From the IMG/VR virus record IMGVR_UViG_3300042307_000844: a DNA stretch of 64,000 nt; one strand, 5' to 3'. The stretch is from a virus (lineage: Duplodnaviria > Caudoviricetes). The notes below the pieces were generated by a model. That model saw only the letters and a program-made list of their open reading frames with translations. It was not told where the DNA came from and made no database searches. The position numbers and the translations under genes are program-made. Below are positions 55,718 through 64,000 of this stretch, piece by piece; position 1 is the stretch's first letter; each line of letters opens with the position of its first letter.

Positions 55718-57130
55718 ATGAGAAATTACGGATTTGATTACTTGGTGGAAAAGGTTCAAGTTTTGTCTGAGATGGCGAAAACTTCCTCAACAAGACCGGA
55801 AAAAAATAAAGAGGTTGCAAACTTTATCAATGTGATTCGACCAGAAATTGGAAAAAAACTGTTTGAAAAATGGAAAGTTCCTGCAAATGTTAAGTTGTTG
55901 AATGATTATGTAACGGAAGCATTATATGAGAAGATTTTTAAAACAACTTTTCAATATACAAGTGTTAATCAATACATTGCAAAGTTGTGGGAAAAATCTC
56001 CTGAATTACAGGATGATTATCTCGATTTCATTGGAACGGGATCAAATGATAGTAATAAACGATCCAAATGGATTATCTCATACTTGGCAAATAAAAAACC
56101 CAATCTTGCAACTTCCGAAGAATTCTTCAACCAAGTAACCAGTCCTGAATATATTGAAAAATATAAACAAATACTTGAAGATAGATTAGAATTTAAAAAC
56201 AGAGCAAAAGGATATGCTACCAGTATTCAAACGAAATATTCCATGTCTGCTAATGATTTTGCAACCATGAAGGGTGAGGTTTGGCCGATTATTACTAAAA
56301 TCAATAGAAGAAGCAAAACTTTACTACCTCCCGGAACACTACAAACTCTTCGCAACAAAGAGAGAATCGTGATTGACACAAGCAATAAAGCAACTTCCGA
56401 AGATTTAAAACCTTTGGATGCGTTTATCGAAACTTTAATAGGCTTACGGGATGATCAAGAATTAGTTGAGTATTACAACGTAGATGTTAAGGGATTGAGT
56501 GGGATCATTAAAACTTTGGAAGATAGATTATCAAATAATAAACCAGTCTCCAAGGAGAAACTTTATGATGCTTTTATCAATAAATTTCCCGCAGAAATAA
56601 GCGAATATGTTGCGGATGAATATGAACGTGATCTGGAATCCCGTAAAACAAAAGGAGTATCTGAAGAAATGATAGATGACAAACGGAAAGCTGTTGAAGA
56701 TATTCTTGACATATATACTCCAGATTTTCTTAAAAGCGTTGCAACCAAGGGTATTATAACGGAACCGGAAATTGAAATAGTTCTCAAATGGAAAGAATTG
56801 ATAAAATCTTCCGATGCTTTGGAAAAACAAGAAGTTTCCGCTGGTAGAAAAGCGGCAGGATTTAGTTCGGCAGAGATTGATACATCCGGTAATTTCTCTG
56901 ATGTTGGAAAAGCTGCTGATAAAAGATTTTACGCTAAAGAAAAAGAAAGCCCAACTCAAAAACCAAAAAAACCTCGTAAACAAAAGCAAGAGGATGAAGA
57001 AAACGGTGTTATGGGTTATTTCTCCGAGCAAGTTAGAAAAGATAGTCTTCTAAACAATATTGGAGAGTTTAAAGAACGCGGATTTAAGAAGCCAGTGAAT
57101 TATCACCACTGGTTAAGCTTAAATGATTGA
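55718..57130 (+). CDS. Helical hypothetical protein, probable head-internal
   Basis: MRNYGFDYLVEKVQVLSE; CTAAATA 5 nt upstream. Confidence 0.65.
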   Translation: MRNYGFDYLVEKVQVLSEMAKTSSTRPEKNKEVANFINVIRPEIGKKLFEKWKVPANVKLLNDYVTEALYEKIFKTTFQYTSVNQYIAKLWEKSPELQDDYLDFIGTGSNDSNKRSKWIISYLANKKPNLATSEEFFNQVTSPEYIEKYKQILEDRLEFKNRAKGYATSIQTKYSMSANDFATMKGEVWPIITKINRRSKTLLPPGTLQTLRNKERIVIDTSNKATSEDLKPLDAFIETLIGLRDDQELVEYYNVDVKGLSGIIKTLEDRLSNNKPVSKEKLYDAFINKFPAEISEYVADEYERDLESRKTKGVSEEMIDDKRKAVEDILDIYTPDFLKSVATKGIITEPEIEIVLKWKELIKSSDALEKQEVSAGRKAAGFSSAEIDTSGNFSDVGKAADKRFYAKEKESPTQKPKKPRKQKQEDEENGVMGYFSEQVRKDSLLNNIGEFKERGFKKPVNYHHWLSLND

Positions 57131-57854
57131 TCAACCGATCTCTTCCAGCTTCATAAAACTTCACATCTTTTTCAATACCAATATATTTTCTATTGGTATT
57201 TAAAGTTGCGATACCACATGAGTTGGAACCATAACAAAAATCTAATACCAATTCGCCTTCATTGGAATATGTGTTAATCAAGTATTCCAACAATGCTACT
57301 GGTTTTTGAGTTGGATGTATCTTACCTTTATTCTTTTCCCAAAATCCCTCTAAAATGGTTTCAGGATTTTTATGGGTGTATTCCCGATATTCCCCATCAT
57401 TTTTTCCAATAAAAAAAGTATTATCTTTTTTATAGAGTTTTCGTTTGATGGGTTTATCACGTTTTACCATAACGGGGTAATAATTAAGATTGGGATTACC
57501 GAATACCAAAATATTCTCATGTCTCACCATGGGCTTATACTTGGCGGTTTGCATTCCCCGTGAAATATGCTTATCCCAAATCCATTCACATTTATATTCT
57601 TCCAAATTTGAATGAATCAACTTAGAAGTGAATGGTTGTTGAGAAAACAACACGGTGGGAGTTTTATCTTTCCTAATTCTTTTCAACTCTTCCCACATTT
57701 GATTCAGATCAATGATTGAATCCCATGAAGTTGCATACTTCATTTTCTCATATGGTGGATCAGCTAGAATCAAATCAACGGAATTGCTTGGAAGCTTTTT
57801 GAGGACTTCCAAGCAATCTCCATGAAACAGGTGAATACCTTTTTCAATCTGCAT
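57084..57854 (-). CDS. DNA methyltransferase (N4-C/N6-A, beta class)
   Basis: GDCLE...DLILADPPY...HPTQKPVALLEYLI...VLDFCYGS. Confidence 0.9.
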   Translation of the reverse strand: MQIEKGIHLFHGDCLEVLKKLPSNSVDLILADPPYEKMKYATSWDSIIDLNQMWEELKRIRKDKTPTVLFSQQPFTSKLIHSNLEEYKCEWIWDKHISRGMQTAKYKPMVRHENILVFGNPNLNYYPVMVKRDKPIKRKLYKKDNTFFIGKNDGEYREYTHKNPETILEGFWEKNKGKIHPTQKPVALLEYLINTYSNEGELVLDFCYGSNSCGIATLNTNRKYIGIEKDVKFYEAGRDRLINHLSLTSGDNSLAS

Positions 57855-58968
57855 CTAATTCATCATCCTCTTCCAATGCCACCAGATCATCATCTTCAGG
57901 AGAAGAACCATACGCCCAATGGATTTTGATGCGCTTCTCAAGTTCGGGTAGCAATTTGTGTTCCCAAAGATCAATATTCTTGGAGAATGATTTATAATAA
58001 CCAAGCTTATTTCCTTCCCAATCGGTATATGATGAGCCAGAATTACTAACAACTCCCATACCCTTCATGATTTCCAGAAGACCAAAATACTTGTCAATAC
58101 CCTTGCTAAAGGAGAGATAAAATTCTCCCTCCAGATATTGCTTGATGAAGCGATTCTTAACAGTTAGAGCGCGAATCACAACACCAGAATAGTTCTTTTG
58201 GGAAGCAGATAACTTATCACTAACTTGCTTATTCTCCGAATCCTTGACAAGCTTTCGTGCAAGCTGAACTGTCACGGATGGAAGATACACCGCAGCCTTA
58301 CCTCCCGGCATGTTCTTCTCTAGAGAAGGATACATAGCACTTGGATCATCATACACATGATTGGTGATGACGATAGGAGTCTTGGTGAGAGTTGACATGT
58401 TCGTGCAACGCTTGAGAAGACTCTTGATCGACTTAGCAAATGTTCCCATGTCTGCTGACATGGAATCCTTATCCATTCTCGACAGTTCCATCTCAGAATT
58501 TAAGTTGGCAAGAGAATCAATCACGATAATGAATTTACCGAATTGCTTCTTCTCTCTTACATTAGTAAGGAACTTGTGAATGGCGTTTCTGGTTTGTTCA
58601 ACCGATTCACAACCCACATACTTTACTTTTGAAATATCCAAACCGAATTTGGCAGCGGACTCAGGATCAATGGCACCTTCGGTATCGAAGATGACGGGAA
58701 TTAGCCCTTTCTTTTGGGCATTTGCCATGATGTTTAGAACAACGCCAGTTTTGAAGGCACCTGATGGTCCTGCAAATTGTGTAATTCTTCCATTTGGAAT
58801 ACCACCATACAACGAACCGGAAATCAGGGCATTTAGCACCATACTTCCCGTGTCAATCCAATCATCAACCGATGATAGGGTGGATTCACTTAGGAATGCC
58901 GAATACGGCACCACATCATCCAACGCTTTCAAAGAAGCGAATAATTCTTTATCAATATCTTTGCTCAT
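57844..58968 (-). CDS. uvsX: RecA-like recombinase
   Basis: DTGSMVLNALISG; GPSGAFKT; FDTEGA; IVIDSL; TNHVY; VKNRF. Confidence 0.93.
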   Translation of the reverse strand: MSKDIDKELFASLKALDDVVPYSAFLSESTLSSVDDWIDTGSMVLNALISGSLYGGIPNGRITQFAGPSGAFKTGVVLNIMANAQKKGLIPVIFDTEGAIDPESAAKFGLDISKVKYVGCESVEQTRNAIHKFLTNVREKKQFGKFIIVIDSLANLNSEMELSRMDKDSMSADMGTFAKSIKSLLKRCTNMSTLTKTPIVITNHVYDDPSAMYPSLEKNMPGGKAAVYLPSVTVQLARKLVKDSENKQVSDKLSASQKNYSGVVIRALTVKNRFIKQYLEGEFYLSFSKGIDKYFGLLEIMKGMGVVSNSGSSYTDWEGNKLGYYKSFSKNIDLWEHKLLPELEKRIKIHWAYGSSPEDDDLVALEEDDELDAD

Positions 58969-59013
58969 AATTTAACAGTATCTTGTTTCTTCTTTGGGTG
59001 TTCTGATCTTTGT

Positions 59014-59217
59014 TCAATCAATCCCACCTAATGGCTTGGATGTTACTCCCGTAAATTCGGTGTCCAACAATTCATGTCCCGATCTATCAGGAGTAACCTT
59101 TTCAAACACCAGAGCCAAATGATCCCGAATGATCTGAACCTGTTGGGGACTCAGATTATTGCTATCGGAGATTTCAAAATAGCCTTGTAGCCAATATGTG
59201 AACGATTCGGGAGACAT
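59014..59217 (-). CDS. Conserved small phage protein
   Basis: FTYWLQGYFEI...QIIRDHLALVFEKVTP. Confidence 0.65.
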   Translation of the reverse strand: MSPESFTYWLQGYFEISDSNNLSPQQVQIIRDHLALVFEKVTPDRSGHELLDTEFTGVTSKPLGGID

Positions 59218-59597
59218 TACAGAGAGTTAATGCTTACAACCTTGGGAGATGCACTTGAAATAACTTGCGGTTCCAGCGGAGGGGTGTTGATCTTTTCGTA
59301 TTGGGCAAGAATCCTCTCATCCAGAACGACATCACTTGTAGTGATATTAGCCTTTTGATAAGTCCAATTGTTTTGTCCACGGAATTCCTTGTTGATAAAT
59401 TCGAAGAAGAATACAGGGAAGCTCTGAACTTGAATCTGTCCACTTTGTTCGGGCTGGACAAACACAATAACTGGATTGTGGAGTGTCAGGGTGGTATCGG
59501 TTTCTCTCACCAAATTGCCGATGATGTTGCGTCCAATTTGGTCGATGATTACTACGTGTTTTTCTTTATCCATAATTGTTTTGTATGTTGCTGTCAT
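59217..59597 (-). CDS. Sm-like-fold hypothetical protein
   Basis: GRNIIGNL...LTLHNPVIV beta-rich pattern. Confidence 0.45.
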   Translation of the reverse strand: MTATYKTIMDKEKHVVIIDQIGRNIIGNLVRETDTTLTLHNPVIVFVQPEQSGQIQVQSFPVFFFEFINKEFRGQNNWTYQKANITTSDVVLDERILAQYEKINTPPLEPQVISSASPKVVSINSL

Positions 59598-59613
59598 GTA
59601 TTAACTTACCTCA

Positions 59614-59865
59614 TTATCTGGTTTTTTCAAGGTATTCTTTCTGTTCTTTCAATTTTTTCTTAAAAGACTTACCCATGTTATTATTACGCTTGGCTAAATC
59701 ATGATAATAATCACAACGATCTTTAATAATGTGTCTTACGATCTCCAACTTGGGATTGGGAAAAGGAACGTCATGATTGGGATCGTTCAGAAGGTTGATC
59801 AGGTTGTCAATGATTCGGTTTTCTGCGTCCGTCAATCCTTTCAAATAAGCGTCTTGGGGTGTCAT
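59614..59865 (-). CDS. Hypothetical protein
   Basis: 83-aa ORF. Confidence 0.6.
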   Translation of the reverse strand: MTPQDAYLKGLTDAENRIIDNLINLLNDPNHDVPFPNPKLEIVRHIIKDRCDYYHDLAKRNNNMGKSFKKKLKEQKEYLEKTR

Positions 59866-60053
59866 ATTCTTTGTAATGTTATGTTGTTATCTATTCTTAT
59901 CTCAGAATTTGAAAATGTCCAGCATTCTTTGGTGTCATTTATAAAACAAACCCAATATAGATCATGTTCTTGGGAATAATCTATAATCAAATGCGCGTAA
60001 CCCTTTCCTTTCGGGGTAACTATCGGTATGGTGGGATTTAACTGTAATATCAC
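59862..60053 (-). CDS. Conserved small phage protein
   Basis: QLNPTIPIVTPKGKGYAH...DYSQEHDLYWVC. Confidence 0.65.
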   Translation of the reverse strand: MILQLNPTIPIVTPKGKGYAHLIIDYSQEHDLYWVCFINDTKECWTFSNSEIRIDNNITLQRI

Positions 60054-60358
60054 TGCAAATTAAGTTCAATATAAAGAGGGTGGACAGACCAATCCCGATA
60101 CACTTCAATGACTACCCCATATAATGTCAACCATATCTCATTCCCATCGACAATTTTAGAAAATCCTGATTTCGATAGATATTCAAAAAATTCAATACCA
60201 GCAATACATGATTGTAATACGGGCTTTCTACCAAATTCTGTTTGCCATTCCTCTAGAAATTCATCAATTCGTTTTACACAGTGAGCAGTCCTCTCAGATT
60301 GCCATCTTATATTTTTTTCAAGTTCTTCTCTATCTTCTATAATATCGTATTTTTTCAT
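60050..60358 (-). CDS. Hypothetical protein
   Basis: 102-aa ORF. Confidence 0.55.
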   Translation of the reverse strand: MKKYDIIEDREELEKNIRWQSERTAHCVKRIDEFLEEWQTEFGRKPVLQSCIAGIEFFEYLSKSGFSKIVDGNEIWLTLYGVVIEVYRDWSVHPLYIELNLQ

Positions 60359-60361
60359 AAT

Positions 60362-62869
60362 TTATTCTCCAAACAAGTCATCCAATTCTACGGTTAAGTT
60401 TTCGCTGGGTTTTCTCAATTTCCAACCCACTGCCCTATAAAATCTCTCAATCGCTGCATAAAACACTTTACTAAACATCTTTTCAAAGTCAACTGTGAAG
60501 ATGTTATCAAATTCTTCTGGCCAGTCCCCCTTGAATCCGATCATATCCAGATTGTATTTGTTGGGTTTCTTAACATATACCATGCGAACCTTGTCTCCCG
60601 ACTTGAATTTCTCATATTTGGAACCCCATCCGTTCTGTTCCATGATCATGTCGTGAAAATAAGCGGCTTTCAGATGGGATGGCATACCTTTCACAGTGTT
60701 CATACCATTACACCTTGAGGAATATTCTGCAAAATTGTTCATACTGGAAATCTTGGAAATCTCCGCAATGGATAGATTCTTGAATTCCTCATAAGCCTCG
60801 TTGAACATATCATTGGTTTCCTTCAAAGATTGAGACGTTATCATATGTTCAATAACTTTCTTAACATAAGGCTTAACCTTCTTGGGCATCGTTGTTTTCA
60901 CAACATCAACTCCCCGATACTTGAACTTGTCCACCTTGGTTCCCTCATCATCCAAAACATGAAGGACATAATATTTCTTACCGATGAAGATTCCGCTATC
61001 ACAAATGGTTTCCCGCTTGAACACAAAACGTGGATCAGTGCTTCTCAGGGCTTTTCTTGCCCATTCTGTTATATTTATATTAATATAATCCTCAATATCA
61101 TCACACAGCTTATAAAATTCATCGGATGCGGTTTCTAGCCCAAATTGTTTTAAAGATAAAAATATACTGTCCGTATCACCGTAAACACAACTTTGTTGTA
61201 ATAAGGATTCTGACAAATCCGGTAGATTTTCTCTTACATAATCCTGAAACAGATCATTGCTCTTCTTGATTACCGCTTGTCCAGTCAATGTAACCGATGT
61301 TCCAATATCCTCATCTCCAAGGGGAGCATATTTGTTGAGCATATAACCATACAGGGAATTGAGATGGATTTTGTAAGCGTATTGGATGCTATCGAATTTC
61401 TGCTCCCCTTCTTTATCCCCGTTCTTACGGCATTCCATCATCTTGTTTTTCATCTCTTTACGTTTAGTGTAAAGATTATCTAAGAATTCAGGAACCAGTC
61501 CGCGTTTCTTTTGGGAAAATAGAAATCCAGCCTTGGTTAAAGCCGCTTGTTCCTCATCAATGAATTTCTTGAAGTTCTCAGGTGTCATCTCAAATAACCT
61601 ACCAGAAACATGATGGATTTTTACCTTATCCCCATCCTTCTCCACCCTCCCAATCTTCGTTTCAGGAGAGAGATTCAAGGAAATCATCACCGATGGATAC
61701 AGGGAATTGGCATCAAAGGATACGATGTTCTCCGCAAACCCAATTTTTGGTTCTGCCACATAGCCACCGGGAGCGCGGAAATCCGTCACGGGACGAATGA
61801 ACGTGGGAATGTATTCCCCCCGCATACGGGCGCGTATGGCAATTGCTCCGTTCATTGCTGGAAGTGTTCTGATTGCGCTTTCCAGATCACATAATCCGGT
61901 GTATGCAAGGAATCGGATGAGATTGATATATCCCTTTTTTTGATCTAACCCCACAACGATTTCCACATCGCGTATATTGTAATCAGTGTAGGTATTCCAA
62001 TCATTCTTTGCGAGTTCCCAGAGATTGCCTTCGTGAGCTACCTTATTAATCCCCAATTCAACTTCCCCGATGTTATCCAGCTTATACGATTCCTGTTTCT
62101 CCAGATTGAACTTCTGATAAATCACATAATAATCAAGGATTGACAATCCTTCGACCACATATTCCTTGGATGGCATTCCAAATTTACCGTTTGGATTGGT
62201 CTTTTCATAAATTCTACCTGTTGGGGACAGCTTATCAGCCCATTCCTTCCCCAATTGAAAGGTGATTCGATTTACAAGATATGGAACGTCGAATGCTGCT
62301 ATGTTCCAACCACTTAAAACATCGAAACCTTCCTTTTGAAATAATTTGATGAATGATTTAAGCAACTCCTCTTCGGATTTGCACCAATAATATTTCACAT
62401 CATCTCTCGTGGTGTGAAAATTCTTCAATCCAAATACATGATACATCTTGGATTCGGAATTATAGATCGTGATCAGATTGATTATCGATTCAGCTAATTC
62501 CGGTTCGGGAAAATGTGAGGAATTCGGGCATTCCAAATCAAAATAAGCCACCTTCAAAGGATGTTGGGAGAAATTATCATCCTCACAAACAGACCAATAA
62601 TTATCAATCAGGAATTGCTGATATGGTGGCAAATTCTCATAAATCCGCTTAATATTACTATCTTTTACGAAATTATTCCTGTCGTATCCACTGGCAAATT
62701 CGCGTTTCGTGAGAGATGTCCCATATATGGACTTCTCCGTTCCCTTCTTGTCTTCCAAAAGGATGTAGGGCTTGAAATCATGTTCTTCGCGGATGCGCTC
62801 CCCATTCTCATTCCATGAAAAAAGTGTGATCTTTCTTTCCCGATTGTTGTAAACACAGTTCCTATACAC
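60362..62869 (-). CDS. gp43: Family B DNA polymerase (T4 gp43-like)
   Basis: Exo FDLE, GWNIAAFD, YNIRD; pol SFDANSLYPS, KIHLNSLYG, YGDTDS; no intein. Confidence 0.97.
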   Translation of the reverse strand: MYRNCVYNNRERKITLFSWNENGERIREEHDFKPYILLEDKKGTEKSIYGTSLTKREFASGYDRNNFVKDSNIKRIYENLPPYQQFLIDNYWSVCEDDNFSQHPLKVAYFDLECPNSSHFPEPELAESIINLITIYNSESKMYHVFGLKNFHTTRDDVKYYWCKSEEELLKSFIKLFQKEGFDVLSGWNIAAFDVPYLVNRITFQLGKEWADKLSPTGRIYEKTNPNGKFGMPSKEYVVEGLSILDYYVIYQKFNLEKQESYKLDNIGEVELGINKVAHEGNLWELAKNDWNTYTDYNIRDVEIVVGLDQKKGYINLIRFLAYTGLCDLESAIRTLPAMNGAIAIRARMRGEYIPTFIRPVTDFRAPGGYVAEPKIGFAENIVSFDANSLYPSVMISLNLSPETKIGRVEKDGDKVKIHHVSGRLFEMTPENFKKFIDEEQAALTKAGFLFSQKKRGLVPEFLDNLYTKRKEMKNKMMECRKNGDKEGEQKFDSIQYAYKIHLNSLYGYMLNKYAPLGDEDIGTSVTLTGQAVIKKSNDLFQDYVRENLPDLSESLLQQSCVYGDTDSIFLSLKQFGLETASDEFYKLCDDIEDYININITEWARKALRSTDPRFVFKRETICDSGIFIGKKYYVLHVLDDEGTKVDKFKYRGVDVVKTTMPKKVKPYVKKVIEHMITSQSLKETNDMFNEAYEEFKNLSIAEISKISSMNNFAEYSSRCNGMNTVKGMPSHLKAAYFHDMIMEQNGWGSKYEKFKSGDKVRMVYVKKPNKYNLDMIGFKGDWPEEFDNIFTVDFEKMFSKVFYAAIERFYRAVGWKLRKPSENLTVELDDLFGE

Positions 62870-62875
62870 ATCAAC

Positions 62876-62903
62876 AGATTACCACAGGTTCTTTCTAAGT
62901 CAA
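62876..62903 (-). promoter_or_regulatory. Sigma70-like promoter for gp43
   Basis: TTGACT-N16-TAATCT-N6-GTG. Confidence 0.55.
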
Positions 62904-63563
62904 TCACTTGGTAGCAACCAATAAATCATATCCCCTTGCACTGTTTGTATTGGGATCGACAAAAATGTTCGGGAAGTCCTTGCTGATATGTCGTTTCAGC
63001 AATGTTTTATAGAAATTCATCCGTCTTGGATTGTTCTTATCAACTCTCATCATGATACCAACCAACTTGTCCGCGAATCCACCTTGAACACTGTGGATGA
63101 ATGATTGTTTCAACATCTCAAACAATTCCAAGGCATGGATTCCCACATTTCCAGTGTCATCATGTCGCCCACTGGAATCCTTGAACTCAACCATCATCAC
63201 ATATTCTCCATCTTGGATATTTAAAAATGGTTCATATCCTGAAACAATTTCCATCTGATTCTTGTGTTCCGCTTCAAGGGAAGCTTTGTTTGAAATATCG
63301 CGGATACGCTTGGCATTGTTGTAGCTCAAAGTTACTTGGAATTTCTGACCATTTTTCAATTCAATCTCATACGCATCAAAAACGCCGTCATCAAACGGTT
63401 CTTTGTCTTTGATTTTCTCAAATGATTCCAGAAGGAATAAATCATTGTGGGGGATAGATTCAAATATCCCGTCCCATCCAAAATCGGGTTCATCAATCAG
63501 AACGATATCGCCAAATCTGATAGACTCGTAAATAATTCCCAAAATTTTATCATCTTTTTTCAT
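62904..63563 (-). CDS. Hypothetical protein, possible head-internal
   Basis: MKKDDKILGIIYES. Confidence 0.6.
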   Translation of the reverse strand: MKKDDKILGIIYESIRFGDIVLIDEPDFGWDGIFESIPHNDLFLLESFEKIKDKEPFDDGVFDAYEIELKNGQKFQVTLSYNNAKRIRDISNKASLEAEHKNQMEIVSGYEPFLNIQDGEYVMMVEFKDSSGRHDDTGNVGIHALELFEMLKQSFIHSVQGGFADKLVGIMMRVDKNNPRRMNFYKTLLKRHISKDFPNIFVDPNTNSARGYDLLVATK

Positions 63564-63565
63564 AA

Positions 63566-64000
63566 TTAATCATTCCAATATTTCATGAACCTACGGGATG
63601 GATCACCCCATGCTGTATTAAGTGGCTCCAAGAATGCCCCGATATTCTCCGGTCTTTCAAGGAATCTGCTTTCCCCAAGCTTTCTAAGCTCTGGAACCAG
63701 CTTGTAATATTTGGAACGGTTCTTGTAATTTAGAATCGTTTCCACCTTCTGTTCCAAATCGGTAGAATCTGTGAATTTAAGGAAATCGGGAGCATCCTCA
63801 TACGTCACCATATCCTGCACCATGCAAGGAATACCCAAACAAGCTCCCTCGATGTATTTGATATCGGATTTTGATCTGTTGAATGGTATGTCCTTCAAGG
63901 GCGCAAGAAGCAATTGGGGATTCAAAGAAGCGATGAATTTAGGGTAATCCATCAAAGATTGCCAAGGGTGGAATTCAATCTCCTTGTTATTAACATAAGG
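63566..64000 (-). CDS. Glycosyltransferase (GT-B/GT4-like) C-terminal part, runs off the right edge
   Basis: Frame open to 64000 (PYVNNKEIEFHPW...); LAPLKDIPFNRSKSDIKYIEGACLGIP. Confidence 0.75.
   Translation of the reverse strand, partial: PYVNNKEIEFHPWQSLMDYPKFIASLNPQLLLAPLKDIPFNRSKSDIKYIEGACLGIPCMVQDMVTYEDAPDFLKFTDSTDLEQKVETILNYKNRSKYYKLVPELRKLGESRFLERPENIGAFLEPLNTAWGDPSRRFMKYWND

Noticed and set aside
1-64000. Stop-codon reassignment, as in some large phages
   Set aside because: All core genes (gp43, gp41, gp6, gp18, gp61) are uninterrupted in code 11, and TAA, TAG and TGA all occur as real stops
1-64000. tRNA or rRNA genes
   Set aside because: Intergenic gaps are short and I saw no cloverleaf or T-loop signatures; tRNAscan-SE would be decisive

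Overview
A 64 kb segment of a large, AT-rich, T4-like (myovirus-type) bacteriophage genome in the standard genetic code. It holds morphogenesis genes: tail sheath gp18 (cut by the left edge), a gp3-like tail completion protein, terminase gp17, neck gp14, baseplate gp25 and gp6, a run of large baseplate/fibre proteins and many probable head-internal proteins. It also holds the T4-type replisome (gp44, gp61, gp45, gp32, gp41, UvsX, gp43), a DNA methyltransferase and many small ORFans. Main observations: (1) terL is fractured at Walker A by an atypically split intein (32-aa IntN, 115-aa IntC, Thr+1) with a free-standing Vsr-like endonuclease gene between the halves. (2) About 20 genes have an nTAA(A/G/T)TA late-promoter box 5-6 nt before the start codon, implying leaderless mRNAs; two other promoter classes show similar start spacing. 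(3) A late-promoter-linked sulfotransferase/glycosyltransferase set, neighbouring rhamnose-pathway genes, a repeat fibre and a mucin-like Thr/Pro protein suggest virion glycosylation and sulfation. (4) A stand-alone, apparently intact TnpB sits behind a phage late-promoter box with an ATA codon at the start position. (5) An in-frame nested gene with its own promoter lies inside an acidic core-like protein. (6) A kinase and a GNAT-like protein carry head-protein-like N-termini. All family calls come from motif recognition by eye, not database searches.
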